12,619 bases of DNA from a bacterium (GTDB lineage: Bacteria; Fidelibacterota; Marinisomatia; Marinisomatales; UBA1611), in assembly GCA_038127595.1 (NCBI GenBank), contig JAYPIC010000025.1, positions 1-12,619 on the forward strand, read 5' to 3'. Below the pieces are notes generated by a model. The model had not been told where the DNA came from and made no database searches. It worked only from the letters and a program-made list of their open reading frames with translations. Both the position numbers and the translations under genes were made by a program. Of this stretch, positions 7,770 through 12,619 are shown one piece after another; position 1 is the first letter of the stretch, and every line of letters begins with the position of its first letter.

Positions 7770-10063
7770 AATATTTGTTTTTTTTTCAAAATTTCAGTTA
7801 AAGAAGCTAATAAAGTAAGTGTTCCTATAGAAGTCGCAAGCATTGCAAAAACCATTAATCCCCCAACAAATTGCACAGGTATGAAATTAGAAAAAATTAA
7901 CGCACCAAAAGACATATTTGAAGCTGAGTCGAGTACTATTGGATAACCAACTTCATTGAATGTTTCGGTTGAATTTTTGTCTGATTTATCTTTAGGGCGA
8001 TTAACTTTAAAATAATATATATAGTGGATAGAAAAATCAACTCCCACCCCAATAATAACAGATGACAATAAGGCAGTAACATGACTTAAATAAATTCCGG
8101 AAAATCCCATTAATCCAAAGTTAATTATTATTGCAGAAAGCAATGGGATAATTGAAAGAATACCCCATGCCATACTTTTAAAAAATAAAGAGGTAATAAA
8201 ACAGATACCGAACAAAGAAGCCACTAGGCTTATAATAGAAGATTCTATAACTAAATAAATCAAATCTCTAATAACAACTCCCATTCCTGTGACAGACACT
8301 CTATCAATTATCTCTAAATCATTTACGTGACTCTGAATGTGATCTACAAACGAAATTATTTGGTCAGTGCTCATCACACTGCTTAAAGCTGTAATTAGAC
8401 TAGTATTATAATTATAATCTACTATGGAAGCTAAATCATCGCTATCCCCAGACATAGAATACATGGCAAGTAGATTACTGATTTTATTCCCATTTTGTGG
8501 AATGGTATTAAACTCAGGATTGTTATCCATTAAAGTAAAATGCATTTGCTTAACAGCATCAGCGATAGAATAAGTAGCATTTATAGATGGATTTTCTTTA
8601 AGAGCTTTTTGAAGCTGTTCAATTTCATATAATACGCCAGGATCTTTTACATCACCCTCAACCCGGACACGAAAATCCATAGTGCCTGCCATCTGCTCAT
8701 CAATGAAATCTATGCTTTTTCTAAATTCAGTTCCTTTTTTGAAAAAATTGGCAATATTTACATCCACTTTTACAAACATTAACCCAGAAAAACCAAGCAG
8801 AATGATAATCAGTCCAGTTTTTAATATTTTTAAAGGATTAGATATGATAACTACTCCAATATTTCTTATTGTTTTTTCAAGAATACTTTCCCTTGATATA
8901 GAAATTGACTCAGGATTCCATTTCTTAAATGATATAGCTGCTGGTAAAAAAGTAACACTAAGTATAAAAGCATATAAAATGCCTATACTTAAACATACAC
9001 CATATCCTAGTAACTGGTTTATTGGGGCAAAATAGAGTGCTAGAAATGCAGAAATTGTAGTTACACTGGTTAAAAATATTGGCATTAATAACTTATCAAT
9101 GGAGGCAGATATAGCCTGCCTAGTATCTTTTCCACTCCTCATTTCTTTAAAAAATCTGGTCACAAAATGAACTCCATCTGAATTAGCAATAGTGAGTAAA
9201 ATAATTGGCATGGAAGAGTTTATTATGGTGAAATAAAAATATTTAGATCCTGTATAGTAGGTTATCCAACCCATAACTCCTGCCATCACTATAAGTGACT
9301 GAATTATTATAGAGAATATCAAAAAAACACTAAATACATTTCTAATATTTAGAACAAGTATCCCACACATTAGTCCTAAACCTATAAAAATTAAGGTGGA
9401 AATATCTTTTTTGATCATTGTTGGTACAGACCCGGTAATATACGCTGTCCCACCATAATGGATATCATAATTCATTGATAATAGACTATCGCCTACTTGC
9501 ACTACCCTATTCCTTAATATATCATGAGATACATTGGGTGAAGGTTGAATTATGATATTAAAAAAATCTTCATGTTTACTAACCATTCTATTTTTGATTG
9601 CAGAGTTAGCATTTACATAATTTGCAATATCCTCAGTTGTATGTTCACTTAATTCTCTATTTTTTTGAAGGTCCTCAATCTCAAGAAACCCGTCATTACT
9701 CAAAATTTTAGGAATATTAGAAATACTAGTAACTTTTTCGATTTCTTTAATTTTCTCTAACGCTCTAGTAACATCCCATAATTGGGAAAGCGCTTCTTTA
9801 TTAAAAATGTTTTTTCCCTCTTTTCCAAAAGCAATAAAAATAGATTCTGTACTACCAAATTCATTTTGTACGGCATCCCAAGTCATTTTTGATTCCATTT
9901 TTGTTGGTAGCATTGCCATCATATTATCGTCAACTATAATAAAGCAAAGACCAGAACCAAGGATAAACGTTAAAAAGATGGGGATAAGAATTGATTTCAG
10001 AGGATTGTCTAGGACAATTTTTGAAATCCTAGATTCTTGAGATTTACTACTCTCTGCTATCAC
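7766..10063 (-). CDS. MMPL/RND superfamily exporter (COG1033-type, two-repeat)
   Basis: 765 aa with two repeats of TM + large periplasmic loop + five TM segments. Motifs include TIANSDGVHF, PIFLTSVTTISAF, IGVGVDFSIHY and VGYPIV. GTGA overlap with the ASST stop at 10060-10063. Confidence 0.92.
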   Translation of the reverse strand: MIAESSKSQESRISKIVLDNPLKSILIPIFLTFILGSGLCFIIVDDNMMAMLPTKMESKMTWDAVQNEFGSTESIFIAFGKEGKNIFNKEALSQLWDVTRALEKIKEIEKVTSISNIPKILSNDGFLEIEDLQKNRELSEHTTEDIANYVNANSAIKNRMVSKHEDFFNIIIQPSPNVSHDILRNRVVQVGDSLLSMNYDIHYGGTAYITGSVPTMIKKDISTLIFIGLGLMCGILVLNIRNVFSVFLIFSIIIQSLIVMAGVMGWITYYTGSKYFYFTIINSSMPIILLTIANSDGVHFVTRFFKEMRSGKDTRQAISASIDKLLMPIFLTSVTTISAFLALYFAPINQLLGYGVCLSIGILYAFILSVTFLPAAISFKKWNPESISISRESILEKTIRNIGVVIISNPLKILKTGLIIILLGFSGLMFVKVDVNIANFFKKGTEFRKSIDFIDEQMAGTMDFRVRVEGDVKDPGVLYEIEQLQKALKENPSINATYSIADAVKQMHFTLMDNNPEFNTIPQNGNKISNLLAMYSMSGDSDDLASIVDYNYNTSLITALSSVMSTDQIISFVDHIQSHVNDLEIIDRVSVTGMGVVIRDLIYLVIESSIISLVASLFGICFITSLFFKSMAWGILSIIPLLSAIIINFGLMGFSGIYLSHVTALLSSVIIGVGVDFSIHYIYYFKVNRPKDKSDKNSTETFNEVGYPIVLDSASNMSFGALIFSNFIPVQFVGGLMVFAMLATSIGTLTLLASLTEILKKKQIL

Positions 10064-11535
10064 CGATTATAATTCATTATATTGTAAATGTAAGCCATAA
10101 TATCTTGAAAATTAACTAATGAATCTTCGTTGTAATCTGCTGGTGGTGATTGAGAATAAAACCCGTAATGCATGTCCAAAGCATAAAATAAATCGAATAC
10201 ATCAATTTGGGAGTCAAAATTTATATCCCCAACTGTATAATCTGGGAATGCTGTAGAGTCACCTCCAAAAAATTCAACAGAATACTTTTGTGCTCTTGCA
10301 ATCATAATATTTACACCTGGATATTCATAATCCCATAAAGTATTACCAGCAGAATCGATCTCAAATATCTTGGCATCATCAGCTACAGATATTAATGTGT
10401 TACCATTTTGTAATCTAAAAGCTCCACTTTGAACATTTGAATGAAATCCTCCCGTGTACATCCACTCTATTTGATCTGGTCCGAAAGGGTCTGCACCATT
10501 AATGATATAATTTATACTATCAGTATCAAGAGGTGGCACTATTTCAAAAATAGCTGAGGTTAAATTTCCGTAATTATTATTGTATAATATCAAATTACCT
10601 GCACCTGGATATCCCTCTTTTATCCAGTTGATACCATGCTGACTGTCAAGTCTCTGAGATGAATTAGAACCTCTACCATAAGCTGCAGGATTTCCCCAAC
10701 GGTACAAGAAGTCGCCTCCTTTCCCAGAATTACCACCTGTGTGACCTGATGCTTCTTCTGTTGTTGTACTATGATCAATAATATATATTTCATTTTGGTG
10801 CCTAGAGCTAATTACAATCTGATCAAGTAGTGGATTATAGTCAATCGCATTAATATGCATCCAATCAGCGTTACTTCCACCAGGACCTCCTCCACCTCCC
10901 ACATCACCATAGTTAATATCCATTAACTCTGGATGCTCTGAAACAATGCCATACCCTGGCAAACTCGGATCAGAATCTTGAACCAAATGATCCCATAGGT
11001 GCCACTCCCAAACAATATTAGCACCATTTGGAGGAACTATTTCAAGCTCTAAAATAGCCGTTGACCACATTTCACCTAGAGGATTATTGATAGAAACCCT
11101 ACCCATTGCGTAGGCCTCCGTAGCAGATTTTCTTTCCCATACTATTACTAAAACATTCCCATTCGGAAGTGGCTGGACATCATGATGATGTTGATATGTT
11201 TCGTTAGATATTACGTACTGCCAAATCAGCGTCCCATCCCAAGATATATGAGCAATGCCTCCTCCAACACCGCCAGCACTCATGGTGGGGTTCTCTACTC
11301 TATATGGATATATAATAGAGCTATCCGCAAGAAGATAAGGCATACTAGCTGCACCTCTACTGTGCTCCCAAGTATGGATAACATCCATATTATTATTTAA
11401 TAGATAGCTTGTGCCTCCGGTAGCACCACCAGGCCCACCACCTGTTGGGGAAAACAATGTATAACCATTAAATACTTCAGCGCTTAAAAATGATAATGTA
11501 ATTATCAACTTAATTAAATACCTGAAAATCATCAT
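10060..11535 (-). CDS. Exported aryl-sulfate sulfotransferase (ASST family, beta-propeller) with C-terminal dockerin-like domain
   Basis: Signal peptide MMIFRYLIKLIITLSFLSA|E, making ATG 11535/11532 a more plausible start than TTG 11556. ASST motifs are QHHHDVQPLPNGN, IVWEWHLWDH, DWMHINAIDY, IVISSRH, LYRWGNP, SQH and RLQNGNTLI. There is a duplicated Ca-binding repeat at the C-terminus. Confidence 0.88.
   Translation of the reverse strand: MMIFRYLIKLIITLSFLSAEVFNGYTLFSPTGGGPGGATGGTSYLLNNNMDVIHTWEHSRGAASMPYLLADSSIIYPYRVENPTMSAGGVGGGIAHISWDGTLIWQYVISNETYQHHHDVQPLPNGNVLVIVWERKSATEAYAMGRVSINNPLGEMWSTAILELEIVPPNGANIVWEWHLWDHLVQDSDPSLPGYGIVSEHPELMDINYGDVGGGGGPGGSNADWMHINAIDYNPLLDQIVISSRHQNEIYIIDHSTTTEEASGHTGGNSGKGGDFLYRWGNPAAYGRGSNSSQRLDSQHGINWIKEGYPGAGNLILYNNNYGNLTSAIFEIVPPLDTDSINYIINGADPFGPDQIEWMYTGGFHSNVQSGAFRLQNGNTLISVADDAKIFEIDSAGNTLWDYEYPGVNIMIARAQKYSVEFFGGDSTAFPDYTVGDINFDSQIDVFDLFYALDMHYGFYSQSPPADYNEDSLVNFQDIMAYIYNIMNYNR
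10063..10230 (-). other. Dockerin type I-like domain (duplicated EF-hand-like repeat) at the ASST C-terminus
   Basis: GDINFDSQIDVFD...ADYNEDSLVNFQD gives two D-x-N-x-D-x-x-(I/V)-(D/N)-x-x-D loops, each followed by an amphipathic helix. Confidence 0.8.
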
Positions 11536-11556
11536 ATATATCCAATAACTTCTCAA

Positions 11557-11691
11557 AATAATTTAGGTGAGCATTTAAATACTCATTACATAACTATAGG
11601 CCTCTTAACGATTCAAATAGTTAAGTAAATTATATATATAAGTTAATACAATTATGTTAATCGTTAATTTTCCTAAATTAACATTTCAAAG
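11557..11691. promoter_or_regulatory. Divergent promoter region between the ASST-MMPL-LolA operon and the sulfotransferase
   Basis: Very AT-rich gap between head-to-head genes. It contains several inverted repeats: TTAACGATT 11605-11613 / AATCGTTAA 11659-11667, TTATATATATAA 11630-11641, and GTTAATTT-tcct-AAATTAAC 11663-11682. Confidence 0.55.
11568..11585. promoter_or_regulatory. 18-bp near-perfect palindrome, candidate transcription-factor operator
   Basis: TGAGCATTTAAATACTCA; 8 of 9 symmetric pairs are complementary. It lies about 30 bp upstream of the ASST start in the divergent intergenic region. Confidence 0.55.
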
Positions 11692-12619
11692 ATGAACAGA
11701 AGACTAAAAGCATATAAAATTATTGGTAAGACGTTTGGGGTTTGGCTGTCTACCATTTTTACAGGTTTATTGCTCACTTTGATGAAATTTTTTGTTTCAT
11801 TTTTTTTATTTATGGATAAAATATTTATTAATATTCCAAACAATTCGATCTTTAAAAAACCAATAATAATCGTTGGAAACCCAAGGTCTGGCACCACTTT
11901 TTTGCAAAGATATTTGATCAATAATAGACTAGGCACTGGGTCTCAGCTGTGGCAATTGATTTATCCCTCTATTTTACTACAAAAAATAATAAAATCATTT
12001 TTACCACTGTTAGAAAAAGTAAGCCCTGCCAGACATCATTCAACTGAAGCACATAAAACAAGTCTGACTTCTGTTGAAACTGATGATGTTAGTCTTTTAT
12101 TTAGGCATTTTGATGGCTTTTTTTTATATGGGTTTATTTTTGCTTTTGACGAAAAAGACTTATTTGAATTTTTTGATCCAATGTACAGGGACACAAGCGT
12201 TAGAGATTTTGAATGGTTTGAAAACGTTTGGAAAAACAACTCTTATAAACATAACGCTCCATATGTTGGGAAGCTATTCTCACTAAGCGCGAACCTGCCT
12301 GCATTTCAAAAAAAATTTCCTGATTCAAAAGTACTGTATATGGTTAGAGACCCAATAAACGTGATACCTTCAGGATTAAGCTTAGTTACTGGAGTTCTCG
12401 ACAAAAGATTTGGTTTTTGGAACTTAGACAAAAACGTACAGTCTAGATATATAAAACGACTTTACAATGCACTAGTGACTTTATTAATTCGTTTTCATCA
12501 TGATTGGGTTAGTGACAATATTGATAAATCAAAAGTTTTGATTATTAGGTATGATAAAATGATGTCCAATTTTGAAATAATAATGAATGATATTTTTTCA
12601 TTTATGGATTATGTTCCAT
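11692..12619 (+). CDS. PAPS-dependent sulfotransferase (Sulfotransfer_3-type), 3'-incomplete
   Basis: Manual translation from ATG 11692 is open to the window end (309 codons): MNRRLKAYKIIGKTFGVWLSTIFTGLLLTLMKFFVSFFLFMDKIF...KPIIIVGNPRSGTTFLQRYL...FPDSKVLYMVRDPINVIPS...VLIIRYDKMM. The 5'-PSB loop GNPRSGTT is at 11875-11898 and the 3'-PB R-x7-S motif is at 12346-12372. It is absent from the ORF track because it has no stop in the window. Confidence 0.93.
   Translation, partial: MNRRLKAYKIIGKTFGVWLSTIFTGLLLTLMKFFVSFFLFMDKIFINIPNNSIFKKPIIIVGNPRSGTTFLQRYLINNRLGTGSQLWQLIYPSILLQKIIKSFLPLLEKVSPARHHSTEAHKTSLTSVETDDVSLLFRHFDGFFLYGFIFAFDEKDLFEFFDPMYRDTSVRDFEWFENVWKNNSYKHNAPYVGKLFSLSANLPAFQKKFPDSKVLYMVRDPINVIPSGLSLVTGVLDKRFGFWNLDKNVQSRYIKRLYNALVTLLIRFHHDWVSDNIDKSKVLIIRYDKMMSNFEIIMNDIFSFMDYVP

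Noticed and set aside
7579..11400. Short plus-strand ORFs (7579-7818, 7671-7946, 8682-9035, 9807-10040, 11182-11400)
   Set aside because: They are antisense shadows of the LolA-like, MMPL and ASST genes with no independent coding evidence.
1181..11807. A/T homopolymer runs of 8-9 nt (e.g. 1181-1188, 1911-1918, 7778-7786, 11800-11807) as phase-variation or frameshift sites
   Set aside because: Such runs are expected at this AT content, and all host reading frames are intact.
11673..12286. ORF-track calls 11673-11936 (-), 12036-12239 (-) and 12074-12286 (+)
   Set aside because: All overlap the sulfotransferase frame starting at 11692, which has clear PAPS-binding motifs.
1..12619. CRISPR arrays, tRNA/rRNA genes, IS elements, integrases or defence systems
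   Set aside because: No regularly spaced repeats, RNA-gene signatures, or transposase/nuclease motifs were seen, and nearly all sequence is accounted for by protein-coding genes.

Overview
AT-rich bacterial genomic window with tightly packed genes. The low GC, compact layout and a C-terminal dockerin-like domain on an exported enzyme suggest a marine FCB-group organism such as Marinimicrobia/Marinisomatota; this is an inference. The left half holds a minus-strand lipoprotein gene and the 5' end of a lipoprotein M19-type dipeptidase that the ORF track missed. Divergent from these is a probable plus-strand operon: a LOG-family phosphoribohydrolase, a 1004-aa exported double amidohydrolase, a 441-aa exported amidohydrolase-like partner, and a FadN-type 3-hydroxyacyl-CoA dehydrogenase with no hydratase domain. 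The right half holds a translationally coupled minus-strand operon: an aryl-sulfate sulfotransferase (ASST) with a dockerin-like tail, an MMPL/RND exporter and a LolA-like periplasmic carrier. It is transcribed divergently from a PAPS-dependent sulfotransferase that starts at 11692, runs off the window and is absent from the ORF track. The intergenic region between them contains operator-like palindromes. The best candidate for an undescribed system is this two-sulfotransferase + MMPL + LolA-like module, possibly a trans-envelope sulfate relay or sulfated-lipid synthesis and export system. No rRNA, tRNA, CRISPR array or mobile element was recognised.
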